Notes: generated from the sequence alone by a model not told the origin. DNA of 64,000 nt from an uncultured Candidatus Rokubacteria bacterium (GCA_963762145.1 CAVXJS010000009.1:480001-544000), one strand, 5' to 3'. Positions 19,083 through 30,523 are shown, numbered from the stretch's first letter. Translations and numbers: made by a program.

Positions 19083-20915
19083 ATGAAGTCCTCGGCACGC
19101 GCGCCGCACCCTCGGGTCGACCGCACGGTCGCCGTCTTCCTCGCCGCCTTCATCCCGGTCGCGGCCTACGTGGTGTTCCGGCTCCCCTTCCGCTTCCCCC
19201 CGGAAGGAATGATCGTCTCGCCCTCGCTCGTCTTTGGCTTCAACAACGCGGTGGCCATCGCGGGGGTGGTCATTCTCCTGGCCCTCGTCACCGTTTTTCA
19301 GCTCTGGCGGCGATCCGACGCTGCAAGGCGTCGGACTTTTGCTCCGTGGTTCTACGAGAACGAAGAGGTCGCGCCGCGGGATCGAATCCGGTGGAGAATC
19401 TTCGCGTTCATGACCGCCGCGCACATCGTGCTGACGGTCGTGATGTGGGTGATCGCCCGCACCTCGAACACCTGGCGAATCGACTTCGAGGCGTCGCACT
19501 TTCTCTGGCGCCTGCAGCTCATGGAGCTCTTCGGCGCCCGTCCCTACCTCGACTTCCAGCACGAATACGGCCCCGCCCTGCTCTACGTGCCCATCCTCGT
19601 GCATCGCGTCCTCGCGCCGGCGGGGCTCACGCTGGAGGCGGCCTACTATCTCTCGCACCTCGGCGCCAGCGTGCTCGGGATGGCAGCGATCGTCGTGCTG
19701 CTCGACCACACGCGCGTCCCGAGGGTGCGGAAGGAAGTGGTGTTCTGTCTCCTGGCCGCCGCCGGCCTCATGCCGTACATGGGGCTCAACGGCAATCTCG
19801 TGCGCTACCTTCCGCCGTATCTGAGCGTCCTCCTAGCGGCTCGGGTGCTCGGCGGGGCTCACGGCCGGGCCTGGACGGTGGCCGTCGTGTCGGCGCTCGG
19901 AGTGGTCAACATCCTGATCTCGCCAGAGATCGCCCTCGCCTTCGGCCTCGGCTGGGGCGCCTACTGCGTGTTCATCGGCTGGACCGATCGCGGGCGGGCA
20001 ATCCTGGGCCTCGCCGGGCTCGTGGTGGCGGGCGTCCTCGGGGCGGTGACCCTGCCGCCTCAGTATGCCGGAACCGTGTTCAGCTTCTCGGGCGGCGCCA
20101 ACAACTTCCCGCTCGTGCCGGCTGCCCACATCGTGTTCTACCTGACGACCCTCTTCGTGGTCGTGCCCACCCTGTTCGCGGACGCGCTGACGGGTCGAGG
20201 CCGCCCGCCCGCGCTCCTGTTCGCGATGGCCACCATCTGCGTGGTGATGATCCCCGGCGCCCTCAGCCGCGCCGATCCCCCTCACGTTCTCTTCTACGGC
20301 CTGGGTCTGTCGCTGCTGCTCCTCGTGCAGGCCGGGATGCGCTCCCGGTCGGCGTTCGCGCTCTGGGCGGTGGGCTACGCGGCCGTGGTCATCGGCGGCT
20401 CCCACGTGAGCAACGCGCGCGCATTCTACGGAGCGTCGCTGCAATCCCTCCTCCATCCCCGAAGCTTCGTCGTCGAATTCGTCCGCAGCCAGGAGCCGCC
20501 GATCACCGACGCGCAGCTGGATCGCCTCAAACAGTACCCGCCCCTGGGAGTGCCATTCTGCTCGTACGGCACCGACCGGCGGACCATGGAGCAGCTGTGG
20601 GCGCGGCGCCAGATCGATCCGGAATACTACTGCGGGATCATCGGGGTCTATTCAGAGGATCAGCTCGCCCGCAAGATCGCCGACACCACCCGGCACGAAT
20701 ATCTCCTCGTGCGCAAGGCCTTGCTGGGCCAGGTCGACACATGTTCCCGGCACGTTGCGACCATCCAGGAATCATTCATCTATCCGGGTCCGCTCTCGTG
20801 CAAGCGGGAAGCGATCGAGAGCGACCTCGCGGTGAACCGGGCCATCACCACCCACTATCGGGTCGCGGAAGAGCTCGGACCGTACGCGATCATGAGGCGC
20901 GCCGGCGGGTCCTGA
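19083..20915 (+). CDS. Polytopic membrane protein, possible GT-C or polysaccharide-modifying enzyme
   Basis: About 610 aa with many TM helices and a G.RPY.DF..EYGP loop motif; glycosylation context. Confidence 0.6.
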   Translation: MKSSARAPHPRVDRTVAVFLAAFIPVAAYVVFRLPFRFPPEGMIVSPSLVFGFNNAVAIAGVVILLALVTVFQLWRRSDAARRRTFAPWFYENEEVAPRDRIRWRIFAFMTAAHIVLTVVMWVIARTSNTWRIDFEASHFLWRLQLMELFGARPYLDFQHEYGPALLYVPILVHRVLAPAGLTLEAAYYLSHLGASVLGMAAIVVLLDHTRVPRVRKEVVFCLLAAAGLMPYMGLNGNLVRYLPPYLSVLLAARVLGGAHGRAWTVAVVSALGVVNILISPEIALAFGLGWGAYCVFIGWTDRGRAILGLAGLVVAGVLGAVTLPPQYAGTVFSFSGGANNFPLVPAAHIVFYLTTLFVVVPTLFADALTGRGRPPALLFAMATICVVMIPGALSRADPPHVLFYGLGLSLLLLVQAGMRSRSAFALWAVGYAAVVIGGSHVSNARAFYGASLQSLLHPRSFVVEFVRSQEPPITDAQLDRLKQYPPLGVPFCSYGTDRRTMEQLWARRQIDPEYYCGIIGVYSEDQLARKIADTTRHEYLLVRKALLGQVDTCSRHVATIQESFIYPGPLSCKREAIESDLAVNRAITTHYRVAEELGPYAIMRRAGGS

Positions 20916-20928
20916 GGCCCCGGCCTCG

Positions 20929-21684
20929 CTACCGCATCCGGAGACCAAGGATCGAGGCCGCGACCGCGAGCGTCCGGCTCTCGTCGAGGCCAAAGCCCCG
21001 GTCATTGCCCTCCCACAGGTCGAGCGACATCGGGCCGCGCGGGGTCTGGAGCATCAACCGCCCGCCGTCCTCGGGGAGCCGCAGCCCCACGGCCCCCATC
21101 CGCGGGCTCGCGTCATTCACCGCGAAGAGCGTGGTGCCGTCGAGCGCCATCCGCGGTGCCGGGTGCGCCCCCGCCTCGGCGGGCACCGCGGCCAGCACGC
21201 GCCCGGACTCGTCGCGCAGCACGAGGCCGCCCAGCTTGAACCCGGCCCGCAGGTCCTGCAGCAGGCCGTCGAGGGGCCGGCCGCTCCGAGCGCGCTCCGC
21301 GAACCGGGCGAGCGTCGTCATCTCCCGGTCGGCACGGTCCGCGACGTCGGAGAGCCGCTCCCGCCGCCGGCCGAAGGCCGCCGCGATGAGCCCGCAGGCG
21401 GCCAGCGCGACGAACGCGATCACGTCGTCGGTCTTGCTGATCGAGAGCGTCAGGTAGGGCTCGGTCAGGAAGAAGTTCAGGCTCATCGCGGCGATCAGCG
21501 CGGTGACGAGCGCCGCACCGCGGCCGCCGAGCTCAGCCACGACGATCGTGAAGGCGATGAACACGAAAGCGAGATTGGACGCGGCCACCTGAGTGCGCAG
21601 CGGGATGAGGACGATAGCCAGCAACATGGAGCCCAGCGTCCCCGTCACCATCCAGATTCTGGCGTCGTCGGTCCGGCTCATCAT
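20929..21684 (-). CDS. Stand-alone DUF4118 (KdpD-type membrane sensor domain) protein
   Basis: Four TM helices with NFFLTEPYLTL, resembling the KdpD DFFFVPPYFTF segment; no kinase domain. Confidence 0.75.
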   Translation of the reverse strand: MMSRTDDARIWMVTGTLGSMLLAIVLIPLRTQVAASNLAFVFIAFTIVVAELGGRGAALVTALIAAMSLNFFLTEPYLTLSISKTDDVIAFVALAACGLIAAAFGRRRERLSDVADRADREMTTLARFAERARSGRPLDGLLQDLRAGFKLGGLVLRDESGRVLAAVPAEAGAHPAPRMALDGTTLFAVNDASPRMGAVGLRLPEDGGRLMLQTPRGPMSLDLWEGNDRGFGLDESRTLAVAASILGLRMR

Positions 21685-21794
21685 CGATCACGCCTCCTCA
21701 TCGGCGATCGACAAACAGGTTGAGGGCAAGACCGCGAGTCCTAGAAGAACGAGTACAGGTCATTTTCAATCATTGCCCCCTCCGGTTGGCTGCG

Positions 21795-22365
21795 TTACCG
21801 GCCGTCGAGCGCGAGGTTCAAGGCAAGCACGTTGACGCGAGGCTCCCCGAGGAGGCCGAGGAAGCGTCCCTCCGTATGCTGGTCAACGAGGGCGCGCACC
21901 GCATCCGGCGCGAGCTTGCGTTCCCGCGCGACGCGAGGCACCTGATAGAGCGCCGCGGCCGGGCTGATGTGGGGATCGAGGCCGCTGCCGGACGCGGTCA
22001 CGAGATCCACCGGCACCGCCGCCTTGTTGCTCGGGTCCGCGGTTCGCAATGCCTCCACCCGTCCCTCGACCGCGGTGATCAGCGCCGGATTCGTCGGGCT
22101 CAGGTTCGAGCCGGACGAGGCCGCGGCATTGTTGGGGAACGGACTCGTGCGCCGAGGGACGGCTCCAGAAGTACTTGGGATCGTCGAAGGGCTGCCCGAT
22201 GAGCGCCGAGCCCACCACCTTGCCGTCCTTCACGATCAGGCTGCCGTTTGCCTGGAAGGGAAACACCATCTGGGCGATGCCGGTCACCACCAGCGGATAG
22301 ACGACGCCGGTGATCACGGTGAGGATCAACAGGGACATCAGAGCCGGTCTCAGGTGCGTCGCCAT
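21795..22365 (-). CDS. kdpC: K+-transporting ATPase subunit C (frameshift)
   Basis: [28 protein letters not shown]; [18 protein letters not shown]; [11 protein letters not shown]. Confidence 0.95.
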
Positions 22366-22379
22366 GGTGATCCCTCCAC

Positions 22380-24461
22380 TCACACGAGCTTCAGGGCAAC
22401 CAGGATCATGTCGATGATCTTGATACCGGGGAACGGGATGATGAGCCCCCCGACGCCGTAGATCCACAGGTGACGGCGCAGCAGGGCGGCCGCGCCGACC
22501 GAGCGATACTGCACGCCCTTCAGCGCCAGGGGGATCAGGGCGATGATGATGAGCGCGTTGAAGATGACCGCGGAGAGGATCGCGCTCTCCGGGGTGGCCA
22601 GCCCCATGATGTTGAGCGTTGCCAGCGCCGGGATAGGTGGTGGCGAAGGCGGCCGGGATGATCGCGAAGTACTTGGCCACGTCGTTGGCGATGCTGAAGG
22701 TGGTGAGCGCGCCCCGGGTCATCAGCATCTGCTTGCCGGTCTCGACCACCTCGAGCAGCTTGGTCGGGTTGGAGTCGAGATCGATCATGTTGCCCGCTTC
22801 CTTGGCGGCCTGGGTGCCGGTGTTCATGGCCACCGCCACGTCGGCCTGGGCGAGCGCGGGCGCGTCGTTGGTGCCGTCGCCGGTCATCGCGACCAGCCGG
22901 CCCTGCGCCCTGGAGGTCGCGGATCAGCTTGAGCTTGGCCTCCGGGGTGGCCTGGGCGAGGAAGTCGTCCACCCCCGCCTCCGCGCTGATCGCGGCCGCG
23001 GTGAGCGGGTTGTCACCCGTGATCATGATGGTCTTGATGCCCATGCGGCGGAGCTGGGCGAACCGCTCCCGGATGCCGCCCTTGACGATGTCCTTGAGCT
23101 GGATCGCCCCGAGCACGGTGGCTCCGTCGCAGACCACGAGCGGCGTCGCGCCCGCCTTGGCGATCGTGTCCACCGCCAGCCGCACCTCCGCGGGATAGCG
23201 GCCGCCGAGCTTGCCGACATGCGCCTCGATGGCATCGGCCGCGCCCTTGCGGACCTGCCGGCCGTTGAGGTTCACCCCGCTCATGCGGGTCTGGGCCGTG
23301 AAGGCCACGAAGGTCGCGCCCAGCTTCTCGATCTCGCGCTCGCGGATCTGGTACTTCTCCTTGGCCAGGATGACGATGCTGCGGCCCTCCGGGGTCTCGT
23401 CGGCGAGCGAGGCGAGCTGGGCCGCGTCGGCCAGGGTCGCTTCCGTCACGCCCGCGGCCGGGAAGAAGGCGGTGGCCTGCCGGTTGCCGAGCGTGATCGT
23501 GCCGGTCTTGTCGAGCAGCAGGACGTCCACGTCGCCCGCCGCCTCGACCGCCCGGCCCGACATGGCGATGACGTTCTTCTGGATCATGCGGTCCATGCCG
23601 GCGATGCCGATGGCGGACAGCAAGTGCGCCGATCGTGGTCGGGATCAGGCACACGAGCAGCGCCACCAGGACCGTCACCGTGACCGGGGTGCCCTGGCCG
23701 GCCGCCGCGACACTGTAGAGGGAGAACGGTAGCAGGGTGGCGGTGGCCAGCAGGAAGACGATGGTGAGCGCGGCGAGCAGGATATCCAGCGCGATCTCGT
23801 TGGGGGTCTTCTGCCGCTTCGCGCCCTCGACCAGCGCGATCATGCGGTCCAGGAACGCCTCGCCGGGGTTGGCGGTGACCTCGACGATGATCCAGTCGGA
23901 CAGCACCTGCGTGCCGCCGGTGACCGAGCTGCGGTCGCCACCGGCTCTCACGGATCACGGGCGCGCTCTCACCGGTGATCGCGGCCTCGTTCACCGAGGC
24001 GATACCCTCGACGACCGTCCCGTCGGCCGGGATGAAGTCGTCCGGCCTCGACCAGCACCAGATCGCCCTTGCGCAGGGCCGAGGCCGAGACCGCCTCGTA
24101 CCCCTCCGTCCGGTCCGGACGCGACAGCCGCTTGGCCTGTAGGTCGCGGCGCGCCTTGCGCAGCGACGCGGCCTGGGCCTTGCCTCGGCCTTCGGCCATG
24201 GCCTCGGCGAAGTTGGCGAAGAGCACGGTGAACCAGAGCCAGACCGAGACCCAGAAGATGAACCAGCCCGGCGCCTCGCCCTTTCCGACCAGCGCCTGGA
24301 ACCAGAGGAGGGTCGTGAGGATGGAGCCGACGTAGACGACGAACATCACCGGGTTCCGCACCTGGCGCTTGAACGTCGAGCTTCCGGAACGAATCGACGA
24401 TCGCCTGCTTGACGATGCCGGCGTCGAAGAGCGAGCGCGAGCGGGCCACCGTGCTAGCCAT
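22380..24461 (-). CDS. kdpB: K+-transporting ATPase subunit B (frameshifts)
   Basis: [43 protein letters not shown] across fragments. Confidence 0.95.
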
Positions 24462-24471
24462 GTGTCAGCTC

Positions 24472-26278
24472 CTACTTCGCCTGCGATCAAGGTGAGGTGC
24501 TCGACGATCGGGCCCAGGGCCAGGGCCGGCACGAACGTCAGGGCGCCGACGAGCACCACCACGCTGATCAGCAGGACGACGAACAGCGGCGTGTGGGTCG
24601 CGAGCGTCCCCGGCCCCGAGGGGACGATCTTCTTCCGGGCCAGCGAGCCCGCGATCGCCAGGACCGGAACCGCCAGCCAGTACCGGCCGAACAGCATGGC
24701 CAGCCCGAGTGCGGTGTTGTAGAACGGCGTGTTGGCGGAGAGCCCGGCGAAGGCGCTGCCATTGTTGTTGGACGCCGAGGAGAAGGCGTAGAGGATCTCG
24801 CTGAACCCGTGGATACCCGGGTTGAGAATGCCCGCCTTCCCGGACGCGGTGACCACCGCGATCGATGTGCCGATCAGCACGAGGGCCGGCGTGATCAGGA
24901 TGACCAGCGACGACATCTTCATCTCGTAGGCCTCGATCTTCTTGCCGAGGTACTCGGGGGTGCGGCCCACCATCAGACCCGCCACGAAGACCGCGACGAT
25001 GGCGAACATGAGCATGCCGTAGAGGCCCGAGCCCACCCCGCCGTAGACGACCTCGCCGAGCTGCATGAGCCACATGGGCACGAGCCCGCCGAGCGGCGTG
25101 TACGAGTCATGCATGGAGTTGACCGAGCCGTTGGAGGCCGACGTGGTGGCGGTGGCCCAGAGGGCCGAGTTGGCGATGCCGAAACGAATCTCCTTTCCCT
25201 CCATGTTGCCGCCCGACTGCAGCACGCCCGCCGTGTGATCCGCCCCCTGCTTGACGAGGACCGCCCCGTTCTGCTCGGCCACGTAACAGACCGCCAGCAG
25301 CGCCACGAACATGACGGTCATGGCCGCGATCAGCGTCCAGCCCTGGCGGGTGTCCCCGACCATGACGCCAAACGTGTGGCAGAGCGCCGCGGCGATGAGG
25401 AGGATCGACAAAACCTCGAGGAAGTTCGCGAGCGGCGTGGGGTTCTCCAGAGGATGGGCGGAGTTGGCGTTGAAGAAGCCGCCGCCGTTGGTCCCGAGCT
25501 GCTTGATCGCGATCTGCGAGGCGGCCGGGCCCACCGCGATGACCTGCTCGGTCAGCGTGGACTTCTTCATCTTGGGCTGGCCCTTCTCGTCGAGCACGGG
25601 TTTGCCGTCCTTGTCCGTCTCGGGCTCCTCGTACTGGGTCGGCTGGACCACGGTGGCCTTGGCGTAGGGGCCGAATGTCTGGACGACTCCCTGGGATACC
25701 AGGGCCAGGGCGAGCACGAACGAGAGCGGGAGCAGGATGTAGAGCGTCCCCCGGGTCAGGTCGACCCAGAAGTTGCCGATGGTCTCCGATGAGCGCCGCG
25801 CGAAGCCGCGGATCAGCGCGACCAGAGTGGCCATGCCCGAGGCCGCCGACACGAAATTCTGCACCGTGAGGGCGAGCATCTGGGTCAGGTAGCTCATGGT
25901 GCTCTCGCCGCCATAGCCCTGCCAGTTCGTGTTCGAGGCGAAGCTCACCGCGGTGTTGAAGGCGGAATCTGCGGAGACCGCGCCCATGCCCTGCGGATTG
26001 AAGGGCAGAACCCCCTGGACGCGCTGAAGCAGGTACACCGCGAGCAAGCCGAGCAGATTGAAGGACAGCATGGCCGACGCGTACGACTTCCAGCCCATCT
26101 CCGCATTCGGCCACACTCCGCCCGCGCGATAGATGAGGCGCTCGAGCCAGCCGAGGACGCGGTCGAGGGCGATGCGGCGGCCCTCGTAGACGCGAGCCAT
26201 GTATGCCCCGAGCGGCTTCGCCAGGGCGAGCAGCACCACCACGTAGAGGACGAGCTGGAAGATCCCGTTCGCAGTCAT
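24472..26278 (-). CDS. kdpA: K+-transporting ATPase subunit A
   Basis: NTNWQ, TNGGGF, SNGSVN, NNGSAF filter motifs. A terminal indel hides the TAG at 24472. Confidence 0.95.
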
Positions 26279-26367
26279 TGAAAGAGCTCCGGCTTCAGCA
26301 AGGCCATTGCCAGGTAGACCAGAAGTCCCAGGGAGACCACCGCGCCGACGACATAGAGCAAGGGCAT
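26275..26367 (-). CDS. kdpF: K+-transporting ATPase subunit F (30 aa)
   Basis: [30 protein letters not shown], matching the YL..ALL.PE.F motif; GGAGG RBS; ATGA overlap with kdpA. Confidence 0.9.
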   Translation of the reverse strand: MPLLYVVGAVVSLGLLVYLAMALLKPELFQ

Positions 26368-26376
26368 GGAAACCTC

Positions 26377-26460
26377 CTACAGCCGCTCACAGAGCCCGAC
26401 CAGGAGCCACGACAGCCAAAAGAACACGAGGGTCACGCCGAGGAACAGGATGTCCGCCAT
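26377..26460 (-). CDS. Small hydrophobic membrane peptide upstream of kdpF (27 aa)
   Basis: [36 protein letters not shown]; its stop overlaps the kdpF RBS. Confidence 0.75.
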   Translation of the reverse strand: MADILFLGVTLVFFWLSWLLVGLCERL

Positions 26461-26564
26461 CACACGCTCTCCTTCTTGCAATCTCGGTCATCGCGCCGAA
26501 CCTTCCGAACTCGAATCCTAGCCGGGCTGCCCTCAGAGGGGTCTCAAGAACGGGCCCTGCCGTG

Positions 26565-26657
26565 TCAAGAAGACGTCAAGAGCCGGCGAAGCGAGGCGGT
26601 TTGCGCAAGAAATCGAAAAACAGCCTGCCCGCCCGGCGGATTTTGACGTCTTCTTGA
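26565..26657. promoter_or_regulatory. Inverted pair of identical 15-mers TTGACGTCTTCTTGA, putative KdpE sites or -35 regions of the divergent kdp promoters
   Basis: Copy on - strand at 26565-26579 and on + strand at 26643-26657; each has TTGA repeated with 11-nt period. Confidence 0.65.
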
Positions 26658-26733
26658 TGTGCCGCCGGTATCTACTGGGCGTGGTGGTTGAATCGCGTGG
26701 TTCTTCCGGCGTAGGCTGGCGCCGGGCCGATTG

Positions 26734-29431
26734 ATGAGCACCGAGCGTCGCCCGGATCCCGACGAGCTGCTGGCCCGTGTCAAGGAGGCGGAAACTCGCC
26801 AGGCACGCGGCAAGCTCAAGATCTTCTTCGGGGCGGCCGCCGGCGTCGGCAAGACCTACGCGATGCTCGAAGCGGCCCGCGAGCAGCGGGCGCAGGGCGT
26901 GGACGTGGTCGTGGGCTGGGTCGACACCCACGGCCGCGCGGAGACGGAGGCCCTCCTGGGCGGCCTGGAGATCCTGGTTCGCCGCCCGCTCGAGTACCAC
27001 GGCACCACGATCCGAGGAGTTCGATCTCGACGCCGCCCTGGCACGCCGGCCCGCCCTGATGCTGGTCGACGAGCTGGCCCATACCAACGCGCCCGGCTCG
27101 CGTCACGCCAAGCGCTGGCAGGACGTGCTCGAGCTGCTCGACGCGGGCATCAACGTCTACACCGCGATGAACGTGCAGCACGTCGAGAGCCTCAACGACG
27201 TGGTGGCCGAGATCACCGGCGTGATCGTGCGCGAGACCGTGCCGGACTCCATCTTCGAGCACACCGACGAGGTCGAGCTGATCGACCTGCCCCCCGACGA
27301 TCTGCTCCATCGCCTGCGGGATGGCAAGATCTACGTCCCCGATCAGGCGCGCGAGGCGGCCGAGAACTTCTTCCGCAAGGGCAACCTGATCGCCCTGCGC
27401 GAGCTGGCCCTGCGGGTGACCGCGCAGCACGTGGACGCCGAGATGCGCCACTACATGCGCGACCACGCGATCCAGCGGACCTGGCCGGTGCGCGAGCGGC
27501 TGCTGGTCTGCATCGGGCCAAGCCCGTCCTCGATCCGCCTGGTGCGCGCGGCGAAGCGCATGGCGGAAGGGCTCGGGGCGGAGTGGATCGTCGCCTACGT
27601 CGAGACGCCGGCCCAGACCCGTCTGTCGCAGGACGCCCGCGATCGGGTCGCCCAGACCATGCGGCTGGCCGAGCAGCTCGGGGCGGAGACGCACACCCTG
27701 ACCGGGGCGCGGATGAGCGACGAGATCCTGGCCTTCGCGCGCGCGCGCAACGTGAGCAAGATCGTGGTGGGCAAGCCCGAGCGGCCGCTGTGGAGGCGGA
27801 TCGCGGCGGGCTCGATCGTGGACGCGCTCGTGCAGGGCAGCGGCGAGATCGACGTGTACGTGATCAGCGGCGATCGCGACGAGCCGCGACCGCTGCCGCC
27901 TCGCGCGTGGCAACCGCAGACGGAGTGGGCGCCCTACGGCGCCGCCCTGGTCGCGGTCGCGATCGCGACCGCGATCGCGTGGGCGATGTTCCCGTACTTC
28001 GCGGTCTCCAACCTGATCATGGTCTACCTGCTCGGGGTGATCATCGTGGCCACCCGCTACGGCCGGGGCGCGCTCCCTGCTCGCCTCGATCCTGAGCGTG
28101 GCCGCCTTCGACTTCTTCTTCGTGCCGCCCTACTTCACCTTCGCGGTCTCGGACACCCAGTACCTCGTCACCTTCGCGGTCATGCTGGTGGTGGCCCTCG
28201 TGATCAGCAGCCTCGCCGTGCGCATCCGCGCCCAGGCCGAGTCGGCGCGGGAGCGCGAGCGGCGCATGGCCTCGCTCTACGCGATGAGCCGCGAGCTGGC
28301 CAGCGCGCGCAGCGTCGGCGCGCTCCGCGAGGCGGCGGTGCGGCACATCGCGGAGGTGTTCGGCAGCCGGGTGGTCGTGCTGCTCCCGCAGCCGGACGGC
28401 CGTCTCGCCCCGGACGAGGGGGACGCCGCGCACTTCCCGCTGGACGCGAGCGAGCTGGCGGTCGGCCAGTGGGTCTACGAGCACGGGCAGGTCGCCGGGC
28501 AGGGCACCGACACGCTCCCCGGCGCCTCCGGGCTCTACCTGCCGCTCACTCGGCTCGCGCGGCGGCGTGGGCGTGCTCGGGGTCCGGCCCGTGGACCCGC
28601 GCGCCGCTGCAGGCGCCGGAGCAGCTTCACCAGCTCGAGGCCTTCGCCAGCCAGACCGCGCTGGCCATCGAGCGCGCCCAGCTCGCCGAGGAAGCGGAGC
28701 GGGCGCAGGTGCGCGCCGAGACCGAGCGGCTGCGCAACTCGCTGCTGAGCTCGGTCTCGCACGACCTCCGCACGCCGCTGGCCTCGATCACGGGCGCCGC
28801 CAGCACCCTGCTCGAGAACGAGACGCACCTCGACGCCGGCACCCGCCGCGACCTGCTCGAGTCCCTGCACGAGGAGGCCGACCGGCTGAACCGCCTCGTG
28901 CAGAACCTCCTGGAGATGACGCGCCTCGAATCGGGCACGCTGCAGCTCCACACCGAGTGGCATCCGGTCGAGGAGGTGGTGGGGGCCGCGCTCGGCCGCT
29001 TCGGCAAGGCGCTCGCGCGGCGTGCGGTCACCACCCGCGTCCCCGCCGACCTGCCGCTCGTGCCGATGGACGACGTGCTGATCGAGCAGGTGCTGATCAA
29101 TCTCCTCGACAACGCGCTCAAGTACACGCCGGCGGAAAGCCCGATCGAGGTGAGCGCGGAGGACGGCGGCGGCGCGGTGCTGATCGAGGTGGCCGATCGC
29201 GGGCCGGGGCTCCCGGCGGGCGAGGAGCGGCGCATCTTCGAGAAATTCCACCGCGCCGAGACCGCCCCGAGCCAGCGCGGCGCCGGGCTCGGCCTCGCGA
29301 TCTGCCGGGGCATCGTCCACGCGCACGGCGGGCGGATCTGGGCCGAGAACCGTCCCGGCGGCGGCGTCAGCGTCCGCTTCACGCTGCCGGTCAAGGAGGC
29401 CCCGCCGATCCTGAACGAGGCCGATGGCTGA
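26734..29431 (+). CDS. kdpD: Osmosensitive K+ channel sensor histidine kinase (frameshifts)
   Basis: GAAAGVGKTYAML, VDELAHTN, USP domain, DUF4118, GAF, SVSHDLRTPL, GAGLGL. Confidence 0.95.
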
Positions 29432-30143
29432 GCCCGGCGCGGGCACGCCCCCCCCGGCCCCCCCACCGGTGATCGTCCTCATCGAGGACGAGCCCCAGAT
29501 CCGGCGATTCCTGCGCGCCACCCTCGGAGCTCAGGGCTACCGCCTGCACGAGGCCGCCACGGGCGAGGACGGGCTGATCGAGGCCGCCGCGCGCCAGCCC
29601 GACGTGGTCATCCTCGACCTGGGGCTGCCGGATCTCGACGGGCTGCAGGTGATCCGCCGGCTGCGCGACTGGAGCCGCGTACCGATCATCGTGCTCTCGG
29701 CCCGCGGCCAGGAGCGGGACAAGGTCGCAGCGCTCGACGCCGGCGCCGACGACTACGTCAGCAAGCCATTCGCGGTGGGCGAGCTGCTGGCGCGCCTGCG
29801 GGTGGCGCTGCGCCACGCGGCCGGCGGCGAGTCGGGGGAGCCCACCTTCACGGTGGGCGGCCTCCGGGTGGACCAGGTCAAGCGCCAGGTCCAGCTCGAC
29901 GGCAACGACGTCCACCTGACCCCGATCGAGTACCGGCTGCTGACCTGCCTGGTCAAGCACGCCGGCCGGGTCCTGAGCCAGCGCCACCTATTAAAGGAGG
30001 TGTGGGGCCCCGCGCATACCGACCAGGCCCACTATCTCCGCGTCTACATGGGGGCCCTGCGCCGCAAGCTCGAGCGGGACCCCGCCCGCCCCCGCTACCT
30101 GCTGACCGAGCCCGGTGTCGGGTACCGCCTGGCCGCCGAGTAG
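29424..30143 (+). CDS. kdpE: OmpR-family response regulator
   Basis: DLGLPD, GADDYVSKPF, LRVYM, TEPGVGY; follows kdpD. Confidence 0.93.
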   Translation: MAEPGAGTPPPAPPPVIVLIEDEPQIRRFLRATLGAQGYRLHEAATGEDGLIEAAARQPDVVILDLGLPDLDGLQVIRRLRDWSRVPIIVLSARGQERDKVAALDAGADDYVSKPFAVGELLARLRVALRHAAGGESGEPTFTVGGLRVDQVKRQVQLDGNDVHLTPIEYRLLTCLVKHAGRVLSQRHLLKEVWGPAHTDQAHYLRVYMGALRRKLERDPARPRYLLTEPGVGYRLAAE

Positions 30144-30163
30144 TCCCGGAACCCTCCGAAAAC

Positions 30164-30246
30164 TTGACAGCATCTATATAGTGTCTTAGTGTTCTAGGAC
30201 ACTATATCTTTAACGGCGAGTTCGGCTTCGAATTGTCCTAGGGACA
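30164..30246 (+). promoter_or_regulatory. Promoter with GntR (YtrA-type) palindromic operators
   Basis: TTGACA at 30164; ATATAGTGTCTTAG-N4-CTAGGACACTATAT at 30176-30207; second palindrome TGTCCTAGGGACA at 30234-30246; gntR lies downstream. Confidence 0.75.
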
Positions 30247-30257
30247 GTTGGCCGGGA

Positions 30258-30293
30258 CCCACCATCGAGCCCACCATCGAGCCCACCATCGAG
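30258..30293 (+). repeat. Tandem repeat (CCCACCATCGAG)x3
   Basis: Three exact 12-nt units ending in the GAGGAGG RBS. Confidence 0.9.
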
Positions 30294-30297
30294 GAGG

Positions 30298-30510
30298 ATG
30301 GAGATGAATACGCACCTGCACGAGCAGCTGGTCAGAGAGCGGTTGGACGAGGCCCGGGCGACGGCGGCCCACCTGGCCCTCCTCCGAAAGCTCCGGCCCG
30401 CGCGCCGGCCGGTGCGGGTCGCGGTGGGGTTCGCGCTCATCAAAGCCGGGCACTGGGTAGCCGGGCGGGCGCCGAAGCTGGCGGCCGGCACGCGACGAGC
30501 TACCGCCTGA
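30298..30510 (+). CDS. Small hypothetical protein (70 aa)
   Basis: Strong GAGGAGG RBS; first gene after the promoter. Confidence 0.6.
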   Translation: MEMNTHLHEQLVRERLDEARATAAHLALLRKLRPARRPVRVAVGFALIKAGHWVAGRAPKLAAGTRRATA

Positions 30511-30523
30511 GGGAGCGGCGGAC

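Noticed and set aside
9562-20915. Prophage or integrative element explaining the island
   Set aside because: No integrase, transposase, tRNA or flanking direct repeats were seen
19079-21457. Long Arg/Pro/Ala-rich alternative-frame and antisense ORFs, here and throughout the window
   Set aside because: Typical stop-poor shadow ORFs of high-GC DNA overlapping recognisable genes
23969-26278. KdpA-KdpB fusion
   Set aside because: A single indel removes the kdpA stop; kdpB has its own RBS and ATG at 24461
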